Assembly (NCBI RefSeq): GCF_006345805.1
Contig: NW_021835481.1
Location: 1-64,000, forward strand
Direction: 5' to 3'
Length of the DNA stretch: 64,000 nt
From: Octopus sinensis
Taxonomy: Eukaryota
Below the pieces are notes generated by a model, which did not search any database, was not told the origin of the DNA, and saw only the letters and a program-made list of their open reading frames with translations. The position numbers and the translations under genes are program-made. Positions 1 to 12,493 of the stretch are shown one piece after another (the stretch's first letter is position 1; every line of letters starts with the position of its first letter).

Positions 1-1860
1 GAGAGAGATTTCCTGCCATTGGGGACTGCTATATGCTGATGATTGCTCTCATAGCAGATTCTGTAACAGAACTAGAAAAGAAATTCCAGACATTGAAGCA
101 AAACCTTTAATTAAAATTAGCTTGACAAAGTCCAAGCTCCTATTAAGCAAGGAAACTGACAGTTTCCTACCCCTTCAGGTAAATGTCCTGCTTGATATGT
201 AGCATATGTGTTGGCTGGAATTCCAAATGGTGTATCCAGTGAAAGTTATGGTGAAGTGGAATAATAGGAAGGTTAAAAGAGAAAGTAGCTTTTGCATGTG
301 GAAGATGCACAGGATCCATAAAGTCTACAGATACACAGGAAGTTGAATTTCTCAAATGATCCTTAGGCTCTGTACAGGTAGTGAATAATTTTTACTACCT
401 AGCTTACCTAATTAGCAGTAGAGGAGGATGTTCCAAAAGTGTAACTGCTGGAATGGGAATAGAATGGAGAAAATTTGGAGCTTTTGTCTTTGCTGGAAAT
501 CAAAGATCACACTGTCTCCAAATGAAAGGAAGATTGTATGATGCATGTGTACAAACAGCAATTCCACATGATAGTCAAACATGGGCCCTGAATGTAGAGA
601 ACATGTTGAGACTAGAAAGGAATGGAGCTAGTATGCTTTGTTCAGATGTGCATTGCCAGTATACATGTACAGCAGAGTGTTAGTGTATTGAGAAAATATT
701 TAGGCATAAGAGGAATTAAATGCAGTGTGCAAGAGATAAGTCTGGACTGGTTTATTCATGCGATACCTATGGATGAGGACAGTAGCATAAAGAAGTGCCA
801 GTCACTTAATGTATATGGAACTTATGGAAAAGAAAGACCTATGATGACATGGGACAAAGCATTGAAGGCTGATCTCAAGACACTGAGCCTTATTAAGGAA
901 ATGAGAAAGGACTGAAATACCTGGTACCTTGCTGTACTGAAGAAGACTCATCTACTACAGTAGAATTGATATCCTAAAATCACTTTGGTAATGCTTGTCT
1001 ATGTTTTGCCCTATCTCCACCTCCATCCTCTCTGCCCTATCAACCATTCCACCACTACACACTCACACATTTCTCCTACAAACACCCATCATTTTTCTAC
1101 TGCCTAAGAACAGAAAAGGCACATACTACATCTCCCTAGTTTCTCAGTTACCTTTGTTCCTCCACCTCAAACCACTTTTATTTTCCATTATCTTCCCATC
1201 TTCTGTCTTCATCAATCATTGTTTTTCTGTATCTTCTCTCCCCTTTGCTCTTCTCCATCATTGACATCTTATTTATTGACTGTCATCTCCAATCCCCTCA
1301 CATATCTATTGCAACCCTCACCCCTGAGCCTCTCCTATATTTCTCTCTTTGTCATTTGCTACAGTCACCTTTACCCTGCTCACTTACCTCATTTATTCTG
1401 TATCACCTTACTTATTCTCAACACTCCCTGTGTTCCTTAAGTGTATGTCCTGAAACATTTTTGTCACTATCACTCTCTTTATCTTACTCTGTAACTCACT
1501 CTCTTTTCCTTCCCAACTGGAGTATCCATCTATCTACTCTACTGTAAGACACCTTTTTCTGTCCTTCTATACCTCTAATCTTTCAAATGGCTCAAAGCCA
1601 CACAAACTCAATACTAATCACCCTCCTAGTTGAGACTTTTCTTGTTTTGTAAGACACTTTGGGACCCTCTTGGTGCTGGTATTACATAAAAACTACCCAG
1701 TGCACTATGTAAAGTGGTTCGTGATCGGAAGGGTATCCAGCTGTAGAGACCATGTCACAACAGACAACAGAACTTGAAGCAGCTCCCAGTTTTGTCAGCT
1801 CCTGTCAAGCGATCTGACTCATGCCAGTGTAGAAAACAGGTGTTAAATGATGATGATGAA
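1..1860 (+). mobile_element. Decayed RTE-clade LINE, 3' part, with pyrimidine-rich 3' region and (GAT)n tail
   Basis: YADD remnant at about 30-42, KGRLYDACVQTA and C-terminal GRP..TWD motifs to about 915, CT-rich tract about 1000-1620, family 3' end and gatgatgatga at about 1848-1859. Confidence 0.8.
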
Positions 1861-2663
1861 GGTGATATATCAAGGAGAGGGAGTGCAGTAAAATGCAATA
1901 CTCAACCAAAATTGGGCTTATTAGTGGATTCCATATTCTACTCCTGTATCCAGTGTAGTACAATGCAAGGCACCAACTTGAGATCAGCTTGAGTGTGGAA
2001 TATGAGTCAAATAATTGGGAAAAACAATAAACAAACACATGATCTGCTGAAATAATCACATAACAGTAGTAGAAACATGCAGCCATGTGTTTCATGTCAT
2101 CAGTGTCCTGCAATGAATACAATGATCAATGTCGAAGCTCCAAATATATACACTTTTCCTTGTTATGCAAATGATCAATAACCTCACATGTCACATAAAA
2201 TAGAACATACACACACATACACACCTACGTATACTTACGAGTGTATAGATTTTGCTTGTTCACCAGTATAATGTATGTGTATGTATGTGTGCATATATAT
2301 ATATATGTGTCAGCAGTAACTAAGATGGGAGGGTCAACTTGTATTATGTTCTATTTATGTGAAAAATCCTAAGTGTTAAATTGTACTCATAATTCACTGA
2401 AGAAAACAGGTTTTTTACATGATGTACTATTTTTGTCCATCAGTAAAGAACATGTCTGAAACAGCTGTAGTGGACCTCAACTCTTCTGTGTTATTGTTTA
2501 TACTTCCCCACACTCGGAAATTTCTCCATGTTGGATCTTGAGCCTTTAGACAACTGGAGCATATGCCATGAGTGTACTCTTGTGTAACTTTGCATAAATG
2601 TTGTATATTCAGTCAGTATTTGTGAACATGTGTATATGTTTATGTGTATGTTTGTGTGTATAT

Positions 2664-5600
2664 ATCATCATCATCGTTAATGTCCTCCTTCCATGCTGGC
2701 ATGGGTTGGATGGTTTGACAGGAGCTAGCCAGACAGAAGACTGCACCATACTTCTGTGTCTGTTTTGGCATGGTTTTTATAGTTGGATGCCCTTCCAAAT
2801 GCCAACCACTTTATAGTATGGACTGGGTGCTTTTTAAGTGGCACCAGTAACTTACAAGACAAGGAATCTTGGAGAAGAGAGGGGTCATGGAAGAAAGTGA
2901 TCTTTTATCAGATGATGAAAAGTTAGTGTCTGACAAAGAGATGAAAACAGATGTTTGCTACAGAGGAGATACATGGTTACCTGAACAGAGAGAGAGAGAG
3001 AGGGAGTTAATAAGAAAGAGGACAAAAACAGATGAGCTACTATAAAGGAGATAAATGGTTACCTTGCCAGAGGTAAGAGTGAGAGATGGAGGGGGAGAGA
3101 CTGATCAAGAATGAGGACAGAAAGAGGTGTGCTGCTCTAGAAGAGACACATGATTACCCATCCAGAGGGAAGATCAAGAGAAAGAGAGAGAGGGAGTGGG
3201 AGACAGCAAGGGTGCAAGAGGTATAGGACAAAGATGGGGGAGAAGTGCCAGGATATACTCACAAGGAATGGTGATCAGAGTATAGATGGGATAGTAGAGT
3301 AACAAAGAGAGAGATAAATGATGGCAAGTGCCAGGGTATACCCCCAGGAGATGAAGATCATAATATATGTAACAGAGCATTGCAAATGTAGTGGGGGGAA
3401 TGCTGTGAGGACTGATCTCAGGATGCTAGGGCTCCACGAGCCCCAGCATCCTGAGATCAGTCCTCACCACTTCATCCCATGTCTTCCTGGATCTCCATCT
3501 TCCCCAGGTGCTATCCACTTTCAGTGACCAGTACTTCTTTATGCAGTTGTCTTCATTCATATGCATCACATCGAAACCAACATAGTCTCCTCTCTTGCAC
3601 ACTGCATTACATTCCTTTTATGCCTAACTTTTCTCTTAACACATCTGTGCTTTGTTGTTCATGTACATCCAGTGGAGTATACTTCTTTCAATCCTCTCTA
3701 GTCTATGCATGTCCTCTGCATTCAGAGCCCATGTCTCACTACCATGGAGTATAGCCATTTGTACACAAGCATACAATCTACCTTTCACCCTGAGAGAGTT
3801 CTTTTGTTGCCAGTAGAGGTAGTAGTAATTTGAACTTTCTCCATCCTCTCCTTTTTCGAGAAAGAATACTTTGAAAGTATCCACTCCATTGCTAATTTGG
3901 TCAGCCAGGTAACAGAAACTATCTACTACCTCAATAGAGCCTTCTAGGCAATTGAGAGAGTCTAAGTCTTGTATGCTCTTAATGCTTATTGTTCCTTCAC
4001 ATCTGTCATATATGAAAATGACCTTCTCTGTTAATCCACCTGCAATTCTATTGCATCTCTTATGTGTCTATAGCTAACACTGGGTGCAGCAAATAGAAGT
4101 ACTTTTCACTCCTTTCCTTCATATTGAGTAGGGCCATTTACTTCATAGAAAGAGGGTTTTATCTGCTTTCTTGCTAACAACTTTGGTCTTTGCTAGGTTA
4201 ACTTTAAGGTTCTTTGATTCCTGATTTTACTTCCATACCTGGAATTTCTTCTCCAATTCTGCTACAGACTCTGCAGTAAGAGTGAGGTCATCCATGTATT
4301 GTAGTTCCCACAGGCATCCAGTTTTGAATTCCTCTGTTATGGCCTGGAGGACTATAATGAATAGGAGTGGACTAAGAACTGAGCCCTGTACACTAAATTC
4401 ATTACTGTATTCGTGGCCAACTCTCACCTGACAGCACCACTGTACATGACTTGTACAGTTCTAACAAGCCACTCCTCTACTTCTAGTATCCTTGGAGACT
4501 ACTAGATAATAGAGTAGTGGGGCTTCTGTCAAAAGCTTTCTCTAGGTTAATGAAAGTTAAGTACAATGGCTTACTTTTGGCCAAATTCTTTTCCTGCAGC
4601 TGTCTCACTTGGAAGATGGCATCTGTGATACTCCCAACTAGATGAGATGAACCAAACTGCATCTCATCTAATTTAATTCTATTCCTAATCAATTGAGCTA
4701 TAACTCTCTCTGTAACTTTCATGACTTGGTCTAGCAGTTTGATACCTCTGTAGTTGTTTCTATCTAAAGCATCACCTTTACCCTTGTAGTAGATAACTAT
4801 AATACTACTACACTAGTCATTGAGGATGATGCCTTCTTGAATAATCTAATTAACTATGTGAGTGACTAGGCTGCATTCTACACCATCAGATATTTTAATC
4901 ATCTCAGTAGTGATACCTGATGGTCCAGGGGTTTTACCTGTCTTCATATCCTTAATTGCCTTATCTATTATATTGCTATCAACTCTGATGGCTGGTCCCT
5001 TAGTTCTTTCAAAATATGAAAGTCTCTCCTTCTCCCATTCATTTCCCACATTTAGTAACCTTTCTTAGTGGCACTTCAACACATCTTTCTTCTCTGAGTC
5101 ACTAATTGTAAACATACCATTATCCATTCACACACATTTCTCACCCAACATACACCTATTATCTCTGATACATGCTTTGCTATCCTGAACACCTTACAAC
5201 TCTGATCCTCACACCATAGAACATTGGCATAGCTCTTGCCTTCTGCTGTTCCTTTTGCTATGTAAACCTGTCACCTAGCTTCCCTTCTGGCTACCTGACA
5301 ACCGTCACCAGAATATAAAAGAAACGGCGAGAAACTTACGAATAGGCATTTTGTGTGTGTGATCGAGTTTTGTGTAAAATAATTTTTCCACCATTTTTCC
5401 AGTCCTTCTAGGCTTGTCTCTTCACTTTTATAGCGCTGTCCACCTCCCTATTCCACCACCATGTCACCCTCAGCTTAGCTGGGACTTTGCACCAGATTTG
5501 GTTTGCAGCTCTCAGTAGATTGTCCTGCAGGAACTTTCATTTGTCCTCTAAGCTGTATGTTCCTAGCTCCTCCTCTTCTCTATCATCAGAGGCTTCCATA
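2664..5600 (-). mobile_element. Decayed RTE-clade LINE (RT domain to tail)
   Basis: (CAT)n tail at 2664-2675 and GA-rich tract about 2870-3400. Minus-strand ORF fragments QGSVLSPLLFIIVL...YMDDL, LEKAFDR, KTGKTPGPSGIT. Confidence 0.88.
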
Positions 5601-5674
5601 TATGAAGTTTTTGTAATAAATTCAGTGCAACAATCAGAATTACATAATAATGAACAGAAAAAACTTTATTTGGA

Positions 5675-6901
5675 AAAAAGTTGAAATTCAAAACAAAAGT
5701 TTACAACACATTTAACTCAATTGAATAATTTTTCATATATTTTGAATAAAAATGATTTTGTTTCTCAAAATATCCATAGTGTTCTAGAAGATTTGGGAAG
5801 TTTTGTTTGTGAATATTTATAGCCATTGCATCATTTCTGACATCAGTTCTGGGTAAAAATAAACAAATTGTTTAAGACCTTTATGAGTGTATTGTTGACC
5901 TTCACAAGAGTGGCAGTGGGTACAGAAAGGTCTCTGCACAGCTTAATGTGCCACTGAATTCAGTTGGTATGCTAATGCCTAACTGGAAATTCTCTCTAGT
6001 CTGTTCAAGTCACCCATGTAAGTTAGCAGAGCATACAGCAAGAAAACTTACAAGGACAGCTAGTAATAGAGCACAAACCACACTCAAGGAGCTGCAGGAA
6101 GATCTGGAATCATGTGAAGTATAAGTGAGCAAAGATATAATTAGTATATCACTTTGTTATTAGGATCACTTTTCTCCTTCTCCAAGAAAGACTCCATTGT
6201 TTAAGAAATGTCACTTTAAATTTCATTTTGCCTTTGCAAAGAGACATTTAAGTAAACCGGTTACATATTGGGAAAATGTAGTGTGGTCTGACGAAACTAA
6301 TATTGAGCTTCTCAGCAGAAACTCAGTCAACAAGGTTTGGAGAGAGAACAGTATAGAGTACCTGCCATAAAATACTATCTGTACAGTCAAATTCAGAGGT
6401 GGATCAGTAATGGTATGGACTTGTTTTTGCTCATCAGGTATTGGTAGAATGGAAATAACAAAAAGAATAATGGATGGGGAAATATATAGGGAGATTTTAG
6501 AGTAATGTTTAATACCTAGTGCTTGCTCCCTAAACATGGAACAAGGATGGGCCTTTCAACATGATAACGATTCAAAGCACACAGCAAAGCTGACCAAGTA
6601 TTAGTTGGAAACAAATGGGATTAATGCTTTGGAATGGAGAAGTCAATCTCCAGACTATAAGCCAATCAAAAATTTGTGGTAAAAATCGAAACTCAGAGTT
6701 CAAAACAGAAATCCATGTAACTTACAAAAACTGAAAAGAATTTGGGAATGGGGGAAAATAGGCCCCGCCACATGTAAAAAGTATTTAGGAAACTATTCAA
6801 AGTGTCTGCAAGCTCTCATCATCAACAAGGGTTATGTAACTAAATACGGATTTAATTGTATAAATGTGTTGTAAACTTTTGCATTTTGAAGTTCAACTTT
6901 T

Positions 6902-6902
<1 letters not shown>
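5675..6902 (+). mobile_element. Decayed Tc1-like DNA transposon
   Basis: About 40-bp inverted repeats at 5675-5714 and 6861-6902. Transposase remnants [52 protein letters not shown], with stops and frameshifts. Confidence 0.9.
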
Positions 6903-6991
<89 letters not shown>

Positions 6992-7018
6992 ATATGTGTA
7001 TATATATATATTTATATA
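6902..7018. repeat. (TA)n microsatellite
   Basis: Long imperfect TA run. Similar runs at about 8592-8630, 9393-9447, 11060-11098 and 11596-11631. Confidence 0.95.
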
Positions 7019-7300
7019 TCTCTATATAAAACTGAGAATGTCTGTCTGTCTGTCTGTGTGTTTCCCTAAAACTTGAGAACTACACAACCAATTTCATTCA
7101 AATTTGACACATGCCTTACTTAGGGTCCATGTAGTTTCATGGGCACAAAAAAAATGTTTAACTTCTTACTTAGAGCGAGCCCATAGCAATATCATATCTT
7201 CTCCACTATTTCAGTATTATGTAAAAGTGAAACAAAAGCATTTCTCTATTTTATGTCAGATGCTTTCACTTTAACAATAAAATAATAATAACAATTGAAT
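7019..7300 (+). mobile_element. 5' end of a non-autonomous Helitron-like element
   Basis: TCTCTATATAAAA followed by (TGTC)n, the same architecture as the Helitron 5' ends at 53417 and 62259. A possible 3' hairpin lies at 8555-8591. Confidence 0.55.
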
Positions 7301-7649
7301 TATATGTAGTAAGTAATAATTAAAATCAAACTAAAGTATAATATTATCGTAACATAACAAAAGTAAAAATAACAATTGGTATAAAATTGCATCAATGACT
7401 TGAACTTGAATCAGTCGTTTCACATGAATGGGAATAAATAAAAAATAAAATTTAAGTGGAGAAATGGAATAGTCCAGATGGAGGTGTGCACGGCTTTTAC
7501 ATTAGATTATTTGCTAATTAGCTAGCATTAAGTATCTATATGAAGTTTGGCTGTATATAATGTCTGTTTTCTCGAAAGATGCTTCTACTGAGTACTGCTG
7601 TTGGTTTATTTCTGATCCATAAAGGTCTATAGCTTCAACAGAGTACTGC

Positions 7650-8430
7650 TCTTTGGTTTACTGTAAGGTTTGTTGTTATTATTATTTCTGTTTAACTATT
7701 GTTATCACGTTTGTTGGTTCCTCGTAAGGGAAGCGTTGTTGTGTTGCATTTGTTAAATAATTGTAAACCGTAACCCTCCCCCTTTGGGAGAAGGAGCTTT
7801 GGTTATTGTTTAAAAATTGAATTGTGTCCCTGTTTGGGGAAATTGAAAATATTTTCACCGTTTACACAGAAACATTCTTGTTAAAATGTCTTCGATAGAA
7901 GAAAGTCCAAAAATGAATTTCGCTGCAGCCGTCGGCGGGCGGCGAATTCATTAAAATTAAAATGGAAGAAATACAAACCTATTTTGGATTGATCACCGAC
8001 AAAGACGGTGAATCTAGAATAACACCACCAAACGAAATAAAAAATTAAATTAAAGAAAAGACTATTGCCTATAAAGTATACAATGTAGAGAAAAAAAACG
8101 ATTTAAACACCTGGAGGAAAGCACCATTGAAAAGTGTCTTGGTGTGACTGTGAAAGATATCAAGTATCTAACCAGAGGTGGTAAATTCGCCACAATAGAA
8201 GCAAGGTTCGAGTCAACAGAGCATGCAAGGGAGTACTCGACTCGAGCCTTGCAATGTGGAAATATTTTATTTTTACCTTTATATCTGGGACGTAGGAGGT
8301 CCCGGATAAAAATTTAAAATGTCCCCCCAAAAGTAGAGGTAGGCTGGATTGTAGCCACACTTCTATACAAGAGGGAGGACAAGATAAAATTGATCGAAAT
8401 TGCAAGAGACAGGCCTACAATTCCAGTCTG
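7650..8430 (+). mobile_element. 5' fragment of a non-LTR retrotransposon ORF1 (L1/Tx1-like), decayed
   Basis: ATG at 7886 gives MSSIEESPKMNFAAAVGG. Downstream IKYLTRGGKFATIEARFESTEHAREY...LFLPLYLGRRRSRIKI*NVP resembles RRM-type ORF1. Recognised by eye only. Confidence 0.45.
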
Positions 8431-8592
8431 TTATATATTTTGAGTATTGTTATTACTAGCGATATCAAGATATAAGTTTGTATTTTGTATTTTATGTGTA
8501 GATGTATATATAGAGATGTACATGTAACATGTACACATATATATATACATGCACTAGCACTATGACCCGGCAACGATGGGTCATAATGCTAT

Positions 8593-8627
<35 letters not shown>

Positions 8628-9160
8628 ATACATGCATATAAATATAATGAGAAGCAAATTAGGCAAGTCGATTTAAGATATTTAATAAGTATTTGAAAAT
8701 GGAATTGCATCTTCAAACTCTATTCTGTCAACACCTCAAATGTAAAATTCTCCAGTGTAAAACTCTCCCCTGAAGACAAAGGCAATGTTATCTGATGATG
8801 ACTGCAAATAACCACCATTATTCGGGACTACCAAGCTCCCAGAAACAGCTTTTGGACTTAAAAAACTCTACCTGTTTAACTCCTGATATCATTTATATTC
8901 TATAAGTCGGACTTATTTTATATCTATACATATGTATATTTTTCCTATTAAATGTATTTAATATTCTGTGTAAAGCAACTTGTCTAATTTGCTTGTCATT
9001 ATATTTACTCATCTACCAGCTGAAGTTCAAATCTCTTGAGCACTTCGAAGTGTATTCTATATAGAGAACACCTGTCTTCATCCTCTAAACTATATATATA
9101 CATATATGTACATGCAGTCTGAATAAGCGTATGCTTAAATGTAAATATATATATACATAA

Positions 9161-9389
9161 AAGGTGGCGAGCTGGCAGGACCGTTAGCACGCCAGGTGAA
9201 ATGCATAGCCGTATTTCGTCTGCCGTTACGTTCTGAGTTCAAATTCTGCCGAGGTCGACTTTGCCTTTCATCTTTTCGGTGTTGATAAATTAAGTACCAG
9301 TTACACACTGGGGTCGATGTAATCGACTTAATCCATTTGTCTGTCCTTGTTTGTCACCTCTATGTTTAGCCCCTTGTGGGTAATAAAGA

Positions 9390-9391
<2 letters not shown>
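9161..9391 (+). mobile_element. tRNA-derived SINE (octopus-type, CORE-like central domain)
   Basis: A-box-like head ggtggcgagctggcag, B-box-like gagttcaaattc, conserved gcctttcatc...gataaattaagtaccag block. Several related copies in the window. Confidence 0.85.
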
Positions 9392-9452
<61 letters not shown>

Positions 9453-10439
9453 CCCACAAGCACATACATTTACATACACATGTGTATATATATATATGGA
9501 ATCCACATAAGTGCATACTTACATGCACATGGTTCTTTAACAGGCATATGCACACAAGTATATGGGTACAAAGAACCTCTACTCACAGAACAGGAGGAGT
9601 ACAAGCAGCTAGGGAAGCAAGTCATGCACATTCAGATTGAAAAGGTGAATGTGGGTGAGCAGACATAATTGGTTTGCAAAAATGGATGCTAAGCCCAGAA
9701 ACCTATGCAGAGAAAACCAGTTGCCCCATGTTGCTTACAGTTTTAATTATTTACTGTTAATCAGACTTATGATAAAGTTTTAGCATTTAATCATTATTAT
9801 TATTAATACAATAGTTATACAGATGGGCATTCTAACTGGCATATTTATCATATAAGCAATGAGGATAGAGTGTACAACTAGTTTTTGCAGGGGATAGGAT
9901 GTTGATGGGAGAGAGGAATTGTAAGCATTGATTGATCAAGTGACATTTGAATAAAATAGATTAATACTTAGATGTAGTCCCTTGAACAAGTAGACAGCCA
10001 AGCTGAGTGATATTTATGAAAACCATTCCTTAAATATGTTAATGGCTGCTATGTCCAGAAAACATACGCAGAGAATAAAATAGTACCCCCATGTTGCTTA
10101 CAATTTTAATTATTATTATTATTAATGCAACATTTATACACATGTACACTTTAAGCAGCATATTTATCATATGAAAACGTGTGTGCAAACACGTATATAG
10201 GTGTGTTATATATGTGTATATTTTATGTATATATATGTGTGTGAATCTATATATGGCTTTGTCAATCAGTTTGCTTGGTATGCATCTTGTCATTTTATTT
10301 TCCTTTTTATGAGTTTTCTGTCTCCCCTTCTCTTTCTCTCTCTTTCTCTCTCTCTCTCCCTCTCTCTTGTTGTATATATTTGGTTTTGAGAGAAGTGTAG
10401 CTTTGTTCAGACTTCCTTGATGTAATACTTTGTCCACTA

Positions 10440-11058
10440 TTTTATGTATTATTTCTCTTGCATCACTTCCATTTTATCATTAGCTATCACATACGAATCC
10501 TGTTTTCTAATTGGGTAAAAATGATCAAACTTTAAACCTGTCTATCATTTTTCTAAAATTTTTCTAGAATAAATGAATTGCAAACTTGGTTTCAATGTGA
10601 AAAAGTACATCAATATACCAAATTTGAAAATTTTCACCAAGTTCAAAATCTAACAGCTACAGAAAAGATCTCTCTATTTGTTTATCTCTTTGATTTTTTT
10701 GCTTTTCTCATGATGAATTTTCCCCCTGTCTATATATATATATTTGCAACTTTCTTTCTCTCTATATATAAAAATAGTGAGCTCCAATTTTTTTTTAACT
10801 TCCAGGCTACTCCCAGTGTTTTTAAGTGAGTAGTGCAAAAAAAAATTGGCCAAATCAGTGGTGCGTGGAGGTTGTAAAAAACTTCATACATTTTCACAAC
10901 TTTTTTATCATCAAAAGCCTTTCCACCTCCATTTGCAGACTGTGATGACGAAAAGTTGAAAAATGTTAAAAATCCAATTTATGTGGGTGTGCTATTCCAA
11001 AAGTTCACCAAGATATTCTATTGTAAAAATTGACCAGGAACAACAGGATACTCAGCTA

Positions 11059-11059
<1 letters not shown>
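10440..11059 (+). mobile_element. Probable non-autonomous Helitron, 3' part
   Basis: Ends ...ccaggaacaacaggatactcagCTAG|T, matching the Helitron 3' ends at 58321 and 59013. The 5' boundary is uncertain. Confidence 0.5.
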
Positions 11060-11100
<41 letters not shown>

Positions 11101-11789
11101 CTTGTATGTAAAAAGTTCAGAGTTTGCACACAAATAAATATATATTGAAAAAATAAGAAATAGAAGGTTTCAGTTGTTTAAGATAACTTCTTTGTGCTAG
11201 AGTAAAATTGAAAGAAAAATTGACATAAATTAAATTATACTTTCGTAATATCAGTTCTCGAAGATTACATAATCATATTTTTCATATGAAAATTTCATGG
11301 TGCTGTATTTCATGTCCTTCTGATTGTTACTTATGAATGCTAAAGAGTTATAACCTCTAATCAATTTTGTCTCTTTGAATTATGTTATCGCAAGTTAAGT
11401 CCATCATGTTATTTGGGCCTGATGGGAGATACGTAGGAAATATGAGCATTAAATAATTGTCTACAGATGTAGATTTTGTAACCTAGGGGTAACCTAACTG
11501 AGCCAGTAGACTATATTATTAATAACATTCATCTCTATTGACTCTATAGAATGTTGTTCTTTCTATTGTCTTTCTGCAGAAACTTTTGATACTACATATA
11601 TATATATTTATATATATATATATATATATATTGTCATTTTTCTTTTTCTTTTCTCTTTCTACATCATGTTACATTGTCTTCTTTAATGTCTTTCACTCAC
11701 CATCACTTGTGTGTAAAAGCAATATTCCCCACTCTCTCCATACTCTATGAGTTCTTTCTATAGACTCAACAATGATTGACAGTATTTTC

Positions 11790-12245
11790 ATTATTGTGGC
11801 TGGCAACTTCATTTAATATGTTGGCCAAAAAGATGGTGTTTTCCATAATGTTAGTGAAGGTTCTGGTTGTGATTTAAGAAATGGGGAGGGTGTAATGCTC
11901 CTAGAATCCTGTGATGCAAATCATCAAACACATACTAATCTGGTGAACACATAAGTAGTCAGATAAATGACATTTTCACTAACAAACCAAACAGAAGGTT
12001 TTATTTGCTAGTGAAAATCTTTTCTAATGAAGAATGCACTATACAACATAGATTGGTAGCCAATAACATAACAGTCGGAGCTAAGCAGACACAGGAATGA
12101 AATATGACTTGGAGAAGGAAAATATGGAAACAAAACATCCCATAATTGGGAATAAGTCTAGGGAAATTTTAACTGATGCATATGGTTGTAAGGATAATGA
12201 TTTAGGCACCTATAGCACAGATGATAACTAGGAATTTCTACAAAA
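11790..12245 (+). mobile_element. Highly decayed RTE endonuclease-region fragment
   Basis: VAGNF...RNGEG..LLE.CDAN remnants, homologous to the EN regions at 14660-14950 and 18780-19000. Confidence 0.55.
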
Positions 12246-12493
12246 TGTATGGTTAAGACGTTTGCTTCCCAAACATATGATTTCAAGTACAGCCTCACTG
12301 CACTACACCTTGGGCAAGTGTCTTCTAGACTGGTTTATATTAGTGGTTCTATTTCCTACTTTGCCACAGCTGTTAGCCATCTGTAATACCATTGTATAGT
12401 GAGTAGCTTTGGCTCTCGTTGTTAAGACTGATTTGTAACTTACCTGTAGATATTGAATTCCAATGTCAATGGAGTTTTCAATTTCAGTGTCTG

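Noticed and set aside
9679-10128. Diverged direct repeat of about 85 bp (9679-9762 versus 10040-10128)
   Set aside because: Real, but it looks like an old local duplication or repeat subunit with no supportable function.
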